DNA from: Tissierellales bacterium
Lineage (GTDB): Bacteria > Bacillota > Clostridia > Tissierellales > DATGTQ01
Assembly: GCA_035301805.1 (NCBI GenBank)
Contig: DATGTQ010000130.1
Span: forward strand, 300-64,299
Length of the DNA: 64,000 nt
Direction of reading: 5' to 3'
In this document: positions 19,563 to 32,427 of the stretch, in pieces
How the letters are laid out: each line of letters begins with the position of its first letter
How positions within the stretch are numbered: the first letter of the stretch is position 1
Made by a program: the position numbers and the translations under genes
Notes under the pieces: model-generated
Seen by the model: only the letters and a program-made list of their open reading frames with translations
Told to the model about the DNA's origin: nothing
Database searches by the model: none

Positions 19563-19865
19563 TTATCGAGTCTGTGTGGTTTCTGGTGTCAGATGATGGG
19601 TTATTATTACAACAATTCTCTTCTGACTTAGTATATAGTTTTCAATCTCTCCTAAAATTACTTTCAATAAACTGCTTTTTCCTTATCCACTATTTACTAT
19701 GATTGCGTATTTCTTATTCTTTTCAAATGCACAATTATTAATGGATAGTGGGTAGTCTTTGTAGTGAATGGTAAAGTCTTTTGTTTTAATTAAAGAGATC
19801 TCATTAATTATATCTAGTTGTTTAATTTTTTCTTCATATAATGAATACTGTAAAATTTCTAACAA
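19563..19865 (-). pseudogene. Degenerate ABC transporter ATP-binding gene remnant
   Basis: The minus strand reads ...FTIHYKDYPLSINNCAFEKNKKYAIIVNSG-TAA-GKSSLLKVILGEIENY...IVVIITHHL...stop. An in-frame TAA (19683-19685) lies inside the Walker A loop, and most of the ABC domain between Walker A and the H-loop is missing. Confidence 0.6.
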
Positions 19866-19968
19866 TAAATAGATTAATATTAAAACCCTATATTGAAAAG
19901 GTTGGGGAATATTTATGCTTATAAATGTTTAAGGTATATTAATAGTGGTATATATATAATAGAATCAA

Positions 19969-19983
19969 TTGTAATGATTATAA
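19969..19983 (+). promoter_or_regulatory. Fur-family (PerR-like) 7-1-7 box upstream of dps
   Basis: TTGTAATGATTATAA versus the B. subtilis PerR consensus TTATAATNATTATAA, one mismatch. It lies about 55 nt upstream of the dps start, just after a TATAAT at 19955-19960. Confidence 0.55.
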
Positions 19984-20038
19984 ATTTGTATTTAGTACAA
20001 ATTAAAATATAATTATATTAAAAAGGGAGGCTGTTTAG

Positions 20039-20509
20039 ATGGATATTAATATAGGATTAGGTAAAAAAGGTAGAGAGGAGATTGCAGAGGCATTAAATAA
20101 ATATTTAGCCAATTTAAATGTTCTATACACAAAGCTCCATAACTATCATTGGAATGTAGAAGGTGAAGGATTTTTTACACTACATGAGGTTTTAGAAGAA
20201 CTTTATACTGAAATGGCAGATGAAATAGATGAAGTAGCTGAAAGAGTTCTTGTTTTAGGTATTAGACCAGCAGCATCTATGAAAGAATATCTTGAATTAG
20301 CAGTACTAGAGGAAGAAAGAAGCGTGGGAATTCAGAGTAAGGATATAGTAAAAAATTTACTAGAGGATTTTTCGGTTTTAATTGGTGAATTAAGAGAAGG
20401 AATTGAAATAGCAGGTAAATATGATGATGAGTCTTCAATTGATTTAATGGTTGAATCATTAGAGAATCTAGAAAAAACATCTTGGATGTTACGTGCATAT
20501 TTAAGTTAA
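20039..20509 (+). CDS. dps: Dps family DNA-binding ferritin-like protein
   Basis: LNVLYTKLHNYHWNVEGEGFFTLHEVLEELY...DEVAER are the Dps ferroxidase-site motifs. GGGAGG SD. Confidence 0.9.
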   Translation: MDINIGLGKKGREEIAEALNKYLANLNVLYTKLHNYHWNVEGEGFFTLHEVLEELYTEMADEIDEVAERVLVLGIRPAASMKEYLELAVLEEERSVGIQSKDIVKNLLEDFSVLIGELREGIEIAGKYDDESSIDLMVESLENLEKTSWMLRAYLS

Positions 20510-20534
20510 AAGTATAAAATTATAAATATTTAAT

Positions 20535-20571
20535 AAAAAGCTCCTTTTCGATTAACGAAAAGGAGCTTTTT
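20535..20571. terminator. Bidirectional terminator
   Basis: aaaaagctccttttcg-attaa-cgaaaaggagcttttt. Confidence 0.8.
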
Positions 20572-20572
20572 A

Positions 20573-21184
20573 TTAAATAAGTTCTCTTAAAACTCTAGAT
20601 ACACAGTCATAAGAATAACCTCTTCTCTGTAAATAACCTCCAAGTTTACGGTAAATAGCTTGTTTATCATCATTTTTATAGGATTTTATTTTTTTCTTTC
20701 CTATTTCTAAGGCACGTTCATACTGATTATCACTATAATTTTCTAGTACTTCATCGATTATTTCCTGGGAAACTCCTTTATTATATAATTCATGTTTAAT
20801 TCTATAATTACCAAGTTTTTTATTTTCTACTTTTTCCCTAGCATATGTTTCTGCAAATCTTTTATCATTTAAAAAGTCATATTTTTTTAAATAAAAAATA
20901 GTTTCTTCAACTATGTGTTCATCATATTCTTTTTTTGTTAATTTATCTCGAATTTCTTTCTCTGTTCTCCAGCGATATTTTAATAAATTTAATGAATAAT
21001 TATTTGCCTTTTGTTGTTCTTCAGTTTTTAATATATCTTCAAGGAATGTCTCATCAATATCCATTCCTTTTTCTAAATTATATTTGCAGACAATTTCTTT
21101 GAAAGTTCCGAAAGCAAATTTATTATCTAGATATACATTTACTCGATTTTGATTTTTTTGAGGTTCTATTTTTGTTATCTTCAT
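20573..21184 (-). CDS. recX: Recombination regulator RecX
   Basis: 203 aa with three-helix repeats typical of RecX (...YSLNLLKYRWRTEKEIRDKL..., ...LYNKGVSQEIIDEVL..., ...LQRRGYSYD...). Confidence 0.8.
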   Translation of the reverse strand: MKITKIEPQKNQNRVNVYLDNKFAFGTFKEIVCKYNLEKGMDIDETFLEDILKTEEQQKANNYSLNLLKYRWRTEKEIRDKLTKKEYDEHIVEETIFYLKKYDFLNDKRFAETYAREKVENKKLGNYRIKHELYNKGVSQEIIDEVLENYSDNQYERALEIGKKKIKSYKNDDKQAIYRKLGGYLQRRGYSYDCVSRVLRELI

Positions 21185-21450
21185 TAACTATCTCCCTTTT
21201 CTTCTATAACAACTTCTTCTACTACATTATAAAGTAGTTCATTACTATACTTTATCATTCCTTTTTTTATACCATGAATATTGCTTAGTATTTTTAATTC
21301 TTTACCTGTTATTTCTACAAGTTCTTGGCTGGATATTGGTTTGCCTCTGTAATCATGGACTTTACAAAGATACACAGTATTATCATCTAAGTTTGATGGT
21401 TCAATGTCTAAAGTTTTAAGTTTTTTAGTACCAAATAGAGAGCCAAACAT
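21184..21450 (-). CDS. Hypothetical small protein (88 aa), translationally coupled to recX
   Basis: Its stop overlaps the recX start (ATGA at 21184). GGAGGTG precedes its ATG. I recognise no family. Confidence 0.5.
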   Translation of the reverse strand: MFGSLFGTKKLKTLDIEPSNLDDNTVYLCKVHDYRGKPISSQELVEITGKELKILSNIHGIKKGMIKYSNELLYNVVEEVVIEEKGDS

Positions 21451-21656
21451 TTTAACACCTCCTTTATGCCTACTTTTTAATATAGAATAGTTTATTTAAA
21501 AATAGGTCTTAAGGATGTATATTTTGGAATATTTGTCTCTTTACTATATCTTAACATAATTTAAGAGAATAGTTAATTTTAGTTTATTAACTAATTGGTA
21601 TATAATATTATAGAAAGTATATAAGGAAAATAGAAAGGAAATTAATAGGTGATAAT

Positions 21657-23522
21657 GTGTTTAATATAGATGAGGAATTAAATAAGCTTCCTAACAAGCC
21701 GGGAGTTTATATAATGAAAGATGAAAAAAAGGAAATTATTTATGTTGGGAAAGCAAAGAAACTTAAAAATAGAGTTAGACAATATTTCCAATCTTCAAGA
21801 AGTAAAACACCAAAAGTAAATGCCTTAGTAAAAAATATAGAAGAGTTTGAACATATAATAGTTGATAATGAGATAGAAGCTTTGATTTTAGAAGCAAATT
21901 TAATAAAAAAACACAAGCCAAAGTATAATATTCTATTAAGAGATGATAAGCAATATCCATATATTAAAATTACTAATGAAAAGTTTCCTAGGGTAATTAA
22001 AACTAGAAATGTATTAAAAGACGGAGCAAAATATTTTGGACCTTATCCTAATGGCTATGCAGTAAATGACACTTTGGAGATAATTAGAAATCTTTATCCT
22101 ATTAGAACATGTAAACTTAATTTAAGTAAAATTCCCGCGAATGATAGACCTTGTCTAAATTATTACATCGGACGATGCTTGGCACCTTGCCAAGGTTATG
22201 TAAAAGAGGAAGAGTATAATTTAATGATAGAAGAAATAATAATGTTCTTAAATGGCAAGGAAGAGCATTTAGTTGAAGTAATAGAAAAGAAAATGAAAAA
22301 GGCAGCTGAAAATTTAGACTTTGAAAAAGCTGTTAAATACAGGGACCAAATTAATTCCTTGAATTTAATATTGGAAAAACAAAAAATTGTGTCTACAAGT
22401 TTAATAGACCGGGACGTAATAGGAATGGCTAAGGGTATAGAAGATGTTTGTATGCAAATATTTTTTATACGGGGAGGTAAAATTGTTGGAAGAGAGCATT
22501 TTATACTACCGGATGTAGCATTAGAAGATAGAGAGGAAATATTAAGTTCTTTTATTAAACAATTTTATCTTGGTACGGCTTATGTTCCCAAAGAAATATT
22601 TGTTGAAAAAGAGTTTAAAGATATGGAAGTAGTTGCAGATTGGCTTAGGGAAAAAAGAGGTTCTAAAGTTACTATTCACGTGCCTAAAAGGGGAGAAAAA
22701 AGCGAGTTAATGGAAATGGTAAAGGAAAATGCTTCAGACACATTGAAACATTATGGGGATAGAATAAAGATTAAACAAAAGAAAAGTGAAGATACATTGA
22801 AAGAATTACAGAATATTCTTCAATTAGAAGAGCCACCTTATAGAATAGAAGCTTTTGATATTTCAAATATACAAGGAGTGGAGCCAGTAGGTTCTATGGT
22901 AGTATTTGAAAATGGGGTACCTAGAAAAAGTGATTATAGAAGGTTTAAAATAAGGACAATAATTGGTCCTGATGATTATGGTAGTATGGAGGAAGTTGTA
23001 AGAAGGAGATTTGTTAGAGGTTTAAGGGAAAAAGAGTTAATTAAGAAGAAGAGTATAGATACGGGAGGATTTTCTACTTTTCCAAATTTGGTGATGATGG
23101 ATGGAGGTAAGGGGCAGGTCAACGTAGCAGAAAAAGTTTTAGAAGAGTTAGATATAAATGTACCAGTATGTGGTATTGTAAAAGATGACCATCATAATAC
23201 TAGGGGTATAATATTTAACAATAAAGAAATAGATATATATAAAAACAAAGAGACTTTTATGCTAATAACCAGGATACAAGACGAAGCTCATAGATTTGCC
23301 ATTAGTTATCATAGAAGTCTAAGAAGTAAAAAAATGTTTAAGTCAGTTTTAGATAATATTCAAGGAGTAGGGGAAAAAAGGAAGAAATCCCTACTTAGAC
23401 ATTTTGGTTCTATTGACAATATAAAAAAAGCAAATGTAGAAGAATTGACACAGGTAGAATCTATTAATAGAAAGATTGCTGAAAATGTGTATAATTATTT
23501 TAGGGAGAATAAGGGGGAGTGA
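21657..23522 (+). CDS. uvrC: Excinuclease ABC subunit C
   Basis: GIY-YIG N-terminus (PGVYIMKDEKKEIIYVGKAKKLKNRV), UVR domain (FEKAVKYRDQI), an Endo V-like domain and a C-terminal HhH. GTG start after AGGTGA. Confidence 0.95.
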   Translation: MFNIDEELNKLPNKPGVYIMKDEKKEIIYVGKAKKLKNRVRQYFQSSRSKTPKVNALVKNIEEFEHIIVDNEIEALILEANLIKKHKPKYNILLRDDKQYPYIKITNEKFPRVIKTRNVLKDGAKYFGPYPNGYAVNDTLEIIRNLYPIRTCKLNLSKIPANDRPCLNYYIGRCLAPCQGYVKEEEYNLMIEEIIMFLNGKEEHLVEVIEKKMKKAAENLDFEKAVKYRDQINSLNLILEKQKIVSTSLIDRDVIGMAKGIEDVCMQIFFIRGGKIVGREHFILPDVALEDREEILSSFIKQFYLGTAYVPKEIFVEKEFKDMEVVADWLREKRGSKVTIHVPKRGEKSELMEMVKENASDTLKHYGDRIKIKQKKSEDTLKELQNILQLEEPPYRIEAFDISNIQGVEPVGSMVVFENGVPRKSDYRRFKIRTIIGPDDYGSMEEVVRRRFVRGLREKELIKKKSIDTGGFSTFPNLVMMDGGKGQVNVAEKVLEELDINVPVCGIVKDDHHNTRGIIFNNKEIDIYKNKETFMLITRIQDEAHRFAISYHRSLRSKKMFKSVLDNIQGVGEKRKKSLLRHFGSIDNIKKANVEELTQVESINRKIAENVYNYFRENKGE

Positions 23523-23523
23523 A

Positions 23524-23712
23524 ATGGCAAAAAGGCTTTACCGTTCAACTCATGATAGAATGGTCTGTGGTGTATGTGGTGGTATAGGAGAATATTTTGA
23601 AGTAGATCCTACATTTATTAGATTATTATGGGTCATACTGTTAATCTTGACTAAAGGATTTGGAGGTTTATTAGGATATTTTTTAGCATGCATAATTATT
23701 CCAGAAAGATAG
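23524..23712 (+). CDS. PspC domain-containing membrane protein
   Basis: MAKRLYRSTHDRMVCGVCGGIGEYFEVDPTFIRLLWVIL is the PspC domain consensus. ATG 23524 follows GGGGGAG; the ORF-track start at 23476 overlaps uvrC. Confidence 0.8.
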   Translation: MAKRLYRSTHDRMVCGVCGGIGEYFEVDPTFIRLLWVILLILTKGFGGLLGYFLACIIIPER

Positions 23713-23722
23713 GGGTTGTGAA

Positions 23723-24658
23723 ATGGAATCTATTTTACTAGAAGATATAATAAAAGAATTAAATTTAGAAATTATTCATGAATCATCAAATATAGGTGAT
23801 ATAAAAATAACTAAAAGTGAAGTTAATAGGCCAGGATTACAAATTATTGGTTATTTTGAGTATTTTGCGTATAAAAGGCTTCAAATAATAGGAAATGTAG
23901 AATGGTATTTTATTCATAGTTTATCTCAAGAGGAACGTTCCAAGAGAATAGAAGAAATGCTAAGTTATCCTTTGCCAGCTATAATTTTTGCAAGGGGATT
24001 AGATGTGTTTCCAGAGGTAATAAAATATGGAATACAAAATGATATAACTATATTAAGATCCAACCTTTCTACAACAAAATTAATAAATAAAATTATAAAT
24101 TATTTAGACATAGCCTTAGCCCCAGAAATAACAATACATGGGGTTTTAGTAGAAGTTTATGGTATGGGCATACTTCTAACCGGTGATAGTGGCGTAGGTA
24201 AAAGTGAGACAGCCCTGGAGCTAATAAAAAGAGGTCATAGGCTAGTTGCAGATGATGCTGTAGAAATAAAAAGAGTAGATGATAAACTACAGGGAATATC
24301 TCCAGAATTAGTTAGGCATTTTATGGAGATAAGAGGTATAGGGATAATTGATATTGAAAGATTATATGGAGTAGGAGCTGTAAAGGCCTGGGAATTCATT
24401 GATTTAGTTATCGAACTAGAGTTTTGGGATGAAAAGAAAGAATATGATAGATTAGGGCTAGATGAATGCTATGCAGAAATATTAGGATTAAAGGTGTCAA
24501 AATTAGTAGCCCCTGTAAGGCCAGGAAGAAATATAGCTATGATAGTGGAAGTGGCTGCTAGAAATACAAGACAAAAAAATCTAGGTTATAACGCAGCAAT
24601 AGAATTGGATAATAGGATAAAGTCCTATATAGAGGAAAAGAATAAAAGAGGGTATTAA
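23723..24658 (+). CDS. hprK: HPr kinase/phosphorylase
   Basis: HGVLVEVYGMGILLTGDSGVGKSETALELIKRGHRLVADD is the signature P-loop region of HprK/P. Confidence 0.95.
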   Translation: MESILLEDIIKELNLEIIHESSNIGDIKITKSEVNRPGLQIIGYFEYFAYKRLQIIGNVEWYFIHSLSQEERSKRIEEMLSYPLPAIIFARGLDVFPEVIKYGIQNDITILRSNLSTTKLINKIINYLDIALAPEITIHGVLVEVYGMGILLTGDSGVGKSETALELIKRGHRLVADDAVEIKRVDDKLQGISPELVRHFMEIRGIGIIDIERLYGVGAVKAWEFIDLVIELEFWDEKKEYDRLGLDECYAEILGLKVSKLVAPVRPGRNIAMIVEVAARNTRQKNLGYNAAIELDNRIKSYIEEKNKRGY

Positions 24659-24737
24659 GAATTAATGGAAGTTAGGATTATAGAATTAGACCCATTTTGA
24701 AGGACTAATTTTGTAGAAAAATAAATGATTTTGACGG

Positions 24738-24766
24738 TTGACTTTATTACTAATGTTTAATATACT
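24738..24766 (+). promoter_or_regulatory. Candidate SigA promoter of the PFOR gene
   Basis: TTGACT (24738-24743), 17-nt spacer, TATACT (24761-24766). Confidence 0.45.
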
Positions 24767-24772
24767 AAAACT

Positions 24773-24821
24773 GTAATAGGACATAACAAAATTTGTCAAG
24801 TAATAGGTAATAGGTTGACAA
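24773..24821 (+). promoter_or_regulatory. Leader motif: three GTAATAGG octamers, two of them bracketed by the inverted repeat TTGTCAA/TTGACAA
   Basis: ctGTAATAGGacataacaaaatTTGTCAAGTAATAGGTAATAGGTTGACAAtt. The 7-nt arms sit at 24793-24799 and 24815-24821. This could be an operator or an RNA hairpin in the 5' UTR. Confidence 0.35.
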
Positions 24822-24863
24822 TTATAATACAATGTATTTTCATTTTTTAAAGGGGGTCTATAG

Positions 24864-28397
<3,534 letters not shown>

Positions 28398-28405
28398 AAT
28401 AAATA

Positions 28406-28438
28406 AAAGGTAGAGGTGAAACATTCCTCTACCTTTTA
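28406..28438 (+). terminator. Rho-independent terminator
   Basis: aaaggtagagg-tgaaacatt-cctctacctttt. Confidence 0.75.
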
Positions 28439-28542
28439 ACTGTTTAAGAGAAATATTACATAAAGGTCTTAATCATTGAATATTTTATAATATATAGGAA
28501 AGTATAGTCTCCTATATATTTTTATATTGAGGAGTGACTTTT

Positions 28543-29859
28543 ATGAAGTATGGTAAAATTAATTATATATTAGCAGCAGTATTATTAGGATTTATAATTT
28601 TTTGGACATATAATATTTTTTTTAACGATTTATTTCCTGTTGTAGAAGTAGAGGAAGAACCGTATAAAGGTATTATAAATATTTGGGATTATCCTAGATT
28701 AAATGTAGAGACAGGTAGTAGATATAGCTGGATAGAAGAAAAAATAGAGAGTTTTGAAAAAAGGAATCCAGGTGTATATATTAAGTTTACTCCTATGGAT
28801 TGGAATACTTTAGAAGATATAGAGAAAGAGTTTAGTAAAGGGGATAAACCGGATATAATACCCGTAGGAAATGGTTTTAATTATATAAATATGTTGGAAC
28901 CTTTAGATGAATACATTGAAGATGAAGAATTAAAGTCTATTAAAATCCAAGCTTTGAATGGTGTTGATTATAAAGGACAGATAATAGCCTATCCAGTGGC
29001 TTTAACTACATATTCAATGTATTTAAATTTGGATTTATTTAATAAAAAAGGAGTTCCTCCACCTAATGATGGTAATTGGTCCTATGAAGAATTTGTAGAG
29101 ACACTGGAAAAACTTACATATACAGATGAAGAAGAAGGAATAGTTGATTATTTTGGTTTTAATTCTTTTATAACGCCAGGTTATTATAATTTATGGGGTA
29201 TTATTATGTCTGATGGAGCAGAGATATTTAATGAAAAGACTGATGATTATAATTTTTATGGAGAGGAAGTTATAAATGGATTGGAAAAAGTAATTGATTT
29301 AAAGGAAAAATATGAGGTTACACCAGGTTTTTTCGGCATAATGAATGAGGAAGAATGTTGGGAAATGTTTTATAAAGATAAAAAGGTAGCTGTATATCCA
29401 ACGGGAAGTTGGGCGGTAAAGGTTTTGGAAGACTTAGAGGAGAAGGGGGAAGGTTTTAATTTTGATGTAGCTAATTATCCCATAGGAAGTATAAATATGC
29501 CTATTGTAGTAAGTGATGGAATATTATCCTATGGTATAATGGAGCAGGAAGATGAAAAAAAGAAAGAAATGTGTGTCAAATTTTTAAAAAGTTTAACAGA
29601 AGATACTAATCAAAGATCATTAGAAGATATTGGTCTTTTTACCGTGAAGAAAGATATAAATGATATGTATGTAAATAGCCCTAAAATGAAAAAAATAGAA
29701 GAAAGCTTATCCTATACTTTTTATTTACCATTAAGAGATAATTGGATAGATATAGATAGAATACTTCAAGAAGAAATTAAAAAAGCAATTATAGGTGAAA
29801 AGGACTCCAATAAAGCTATAGAAGATGGGGAAAAACGGATAGAACAGTTGACAAAATAG
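28543..29859 (+). CDS. Extracellular solute-binding protein (ABC SBP family 1-like), membrane-anchored, without adjacent permease or ATPase
   Basis: N-terminal TM anchor (INYILAAVLLGFIIFWTY) with no lipobox Cys. The body resembles sugar-type SBPs (...WNTLEDIEKEFSKGDKPDIIPVG..., ...YPTGSWAV...). ATG 28543 follows GAGGAG. Confidence 0.6.
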   Translation: MKYGKINYILAAVLLGFIIFWTYNIFFNDLFPVVEVEEEPYKGIINIWDYPRLNVETGSRYSWIEEKIESFEKRNPGVYIKFTPMDWNTLEDIEKEFSKGDKPDIIPVGNGFNYINMLEPLDEYIEDEELKSIKIQALNGVDYKGQIIAYPVALTTYSMYLNLDLFNKKGVPPPNDGNWSYEEFVETLEKLTYTDEEEGIVDYFGFNSFITPGYYNLWGIIMSDGAEIFNEKTDDYNFYGEEVINGLEKVIDLKEKYEVTPGFFGIMNEEECWEMFYKDKKVAVYPTGSWAVKVLEDLEEKGEGFNFDVANYPIGSINMPIVVSDGILSYGIMEQEDEKKKEMCVKFLKSLTEDTNQRSLEDIGLFTVKKDINDMYVNSPKMKKIEESLSYTFYLPLRDNWIDIDRILQEEIKKAIIGEKDSNKAIEDGEKRIEQLTK

Positions 29860-29890
29860 GGTATAATATTTATTATAGGATAGAAAATAA

Positions 29891-30784
29891 ATGCTAGGAG
29901 TGGTTTTATTGAAAATATTGTATAATGAACTAATGAAGAATTATACATCTTTTAAAATTGGTGGGCCAGCAGATAAGGTTATTGTGCCAGAGACTGAAGA
30001 CGAATTAATCGAAGCTGTTAAAAGTTGTGAAAAAGAAAAAGTTAATTATTATGTTATGGGAAATGGAAGTAATATTTTAGTTAGAGATGGTGGAATAAGA
30101 GGAACTGTTATAATAATAGAGGAAAATTTGAGTCATATTAATATTAGAGGAAATAAAATTAGAGTTCAATCTGGAGCTTTGTTATCGAAATTAAGTAAAA
30201 GAGCATTGAAACATTCTCTAAAGGGATTGGAATTTGCTAGTGGAATTCCAGGCACTGTAGGAGGAGCAATTGCAATGAACGCTGGAGCTTATGGTGGAGA
30301 AATGAAGGATGTAGTATCTAAAGTAAAGGTATTAGATAAAGAAGGTAAAATAGTAGAGTATTCTGGAGAAGAAATGAATTTTAGATATAGAGGTAGTAGG
30401 GTACAGGACCAAGAACTTATAGTCTTAGAAGTAGAAATGGAATTAGAAGAAGGAAATTATGATGAAATCAAGGAAAAAATGAATGATCTTACGAGAAGAA
30501 GAAAAACAAAACAGCCTTTAGAATATCCTAGTGCAGGAAGTACTTTTAAGCGACCAGAAGGCTATTATGCAGGGAAACTTATACAAGATTCAGGATTAAA
30601 AGGTCTAAGACATGGAGGGGCCCAAGTTTCAGAAAAACATTCGGGCTTTATAATTAATGCTGAAAATGCAAGTTCTGATAATGTGGAAAACTTAATTAAG
30701 GTTATACAAAAAACAGTAAAAGATAAATACAATGTAATTTTAGAACCAGAATTGAAGGTTATAGGAGAAAAACAGAAAGGATAA
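29891..30784 (+). CDS. murB: UDP-N-acetylenolpyruvoylglucosamine reductase
   Basis: MKNYTSFKIGGPA...MGNGSNILVRD...SGIPGTVGGAIAMNAGAYGGE...PSAGSTFKRP. An alternative TTG start at 29909 follows AGGAG. Confidence 0.9.
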   Translation: MLGVVLLKILYNELMKNYTSFKIGGPADKVIVPETEDELIEAVKSCEKEKVNYYVMGNGSNILVRDGGIRGTVIIIEENLSHINIRGNKIRVQSGALLSKLSKRALKHSLKGLEFASGIPGTVGGAIAMNAGAYGGEMKDVVSKVKVLDKEGKIVEYSGEEMNFRYRGSRVQDQELIVLEVEMELEEGNYDEIKEKMNDLTRRRKTKQPLEYPSAGSTFKRPEGYYAGKLIQDSGLKGLRHGGAQVSEKHSGFIINAENASSDNVENLIKVIQKTVKDKYNVILEPELKVIGEKQKG

Positions 30785-30795
30785 AATAATAAAAT

Positions 30796-31533
30796 ATGAA
30801 AATACACGGGGATTATCATACCCATACTATATATAGTCATGGCATAGGTACTATTGAGGAAAATGTAGAGGAAGGAATAAAAAAAGGACTGAAGGAAATA
30901 GCTATATGTGACCATGGACCTGGACATTTAACTTATGGTGTAAAAAGGGAAAAGTTATATGAAATGAGAAAAGAAATTGATTTTTTGAATCAAAAGTATA
31001 AAGATGAAGGTGTGAAAATTCTCCTAGGCGTAGAGGCTAATCTTATAAGTTATGATGGTAGTATAGATGTAGATGATGAAATAATAGAGATTTTAGACAT
31101 TTTATTATTAGGCTATCATTTTGGAGCATTACCAAAAACTTTTGGCGATTTCTATAAAGTGTATTTTTATAACTTCATTTCAAAATGGAACAAAAAATTG
31201 GAAGATAGGATTAAAAAGATGAATACTATAGCTTTTATAAAAGCCATGGATAAATATCCCGTTGATATTATTACCCATCCAAATGCAAAAATAAGGGTAG
31301 ATATAAAGGAACTTTCCAAAGCAGCGGCTAAAGCAAATACTGCATTAGAAATAAATTCACATCATGGTGAATTATCCTCAGAGAATTTAAAAATAGCCTT
31401 AGAAGAGGATGTGAAATTTTATATAAATAGCGATGCTCATGATCCTAAGGATGTAGGAAAGGTTGAAAAAGGTATAAAAATAGCGATAGGAGCCAATGTT
31501 CCCATAAGTAGAATTATTAATGTAGAAAAATGA
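30796..31533 (+). CDS. PHP domain phosphoesterase (histidinol-phosphatase family)
   Basis: DYHTHTIYSHG...ICDHGPGH...THP...NSDAH are the PHP metal-binding motifs. Confidence 0.75.
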   Translation: MKIHGDYHTHTIYSHGIGTIEENVEEGIKKGLKEIAICDHGPGHLTYGVKREKLYEMRKEIDFLNQKYKDEGVKILLGVEANLISYDGSIDVDDEIIEILDILLLGYHFGALPKTFGDFYKVYFYNFISKWNKKLEDRIKKMNTIAFIKAMDKYPVDIITHPNAKIRVDIKELSKAAAKANTALEINSHHGELSSENLKIALEEDVKFYINSDAHDPKDVGKVEKGIKIAIGANVPISRIINVEK

Positions 31534-31550
31534 TTTTGGAGGTGAAGTAA

Positions 31551-32411
31551 ATGGATATAGAGTTTGTAATTGTAACTGGTATGTCAGGAGCGGGGAAGAG
31601 TCAAACTTTAAATGCTATGGAGGATATGAGTTATTATTGTATGGACAATCTTCCACCAACTTTATTACCTGATTTTGCTGAACTATGTTATGAATCAAAA
31701 AGAAACATTGAAAAAGTAGCAGTAGTTGCAGATATTAGGGGTGGGAAATTTTTTAATGATTTATTTGAAAGTTTAAAAACACTAGAGGATAAAGGAATAA
31801 AATATAGAATTCTTTTCTTAGATGCATCGGATAGTGTATTAATAAAAAGATATAAAGAACATAGAAGGCCTCACCCTTTAGCTATTTATGGTAGAATAAA
31901 TGATGGAATTATAGAAGAAAGACAAATATTAGAGGAGGTTAAACAAAAAGCTGATTACGTCATAGATACTTCTAATTTAACTATTGCTATGTTAAAAGAA
32001 GAGATAAATGGAATTTTTTTAGAAGGAAAAGAATTAAAGAAGCTAACTATTTCGGTAGTTTCTTTTGGTTTTAAATATGGGGTACCTTTAGATATTGATT
32101 TAGTATTTGATGTAAGATTTTTGCCTAATCCTTATTATATAGAAGAACTTAAAGAATTAACTGGTATGGATGAAGGTGTAAGAAATTATGTACTAAAATG
32201 GGAGGAAGCACAGGTTTTTATTGATAAACTATATGATATGATAAGTTATTTAATTCCACATTATATAAAGGAGGGGAAAAGCCAATTAGTCATAGGTATT
32301 GGTTGTACAGGGGGTAAGCATAGATCTGTGACTATTGCAAATGTACTTTATGAGAAACTGTTAAAGGATGATAATAGGGTTATTGTAAGTCATAGGGATT
32401 GTAACAAGTAG
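31551..32411 (+). CDS. rapZ: RNase adapter protein RapZ (YvcJ)
   Basis: VIVTGMSGAGKSQTLNAMEDMSYYCMDNLPP...IGCTGGKHRSV. Confidence 0.9.
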   Translation: MDIEFVIVTGMSGAGKSQTLNAMEDMSYYCMDNLPPTLLPDFAELCYESKRNIEKVAVVADIRGGKFFNDLFESLKTLEDKGIKYRILFLDASDSVLIKRYKEHRRPHPLAIYGRINDGIIEERQILEEVKQKADYVIDTSNLTIAMLKEEINGIFLEGKELKKLTISVVSFGFKYGVPLDIDLVFDVRFLPNPYYIEELKELTGMDEGVRNYVLKWEEAQVFIDKLYDMISYLIPHYIKEGKSQLVIGIGCTGGKHRSVTIANVLYEKLLKDDNRVIVSHRDCNK

Positions 32412-32427
32412 AAAAAGGGGAAAGAAT

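Noticed and set aside
23476-23523. Longer start for the PspC-domain ORF, overlapping uvrC by 47 nt.
   Set aside because: ATG 23524 has a GGGGGAG SD and yields the canonical PspC N-terminus. The upstream extension is just the uvrC 3' end read in another frame.
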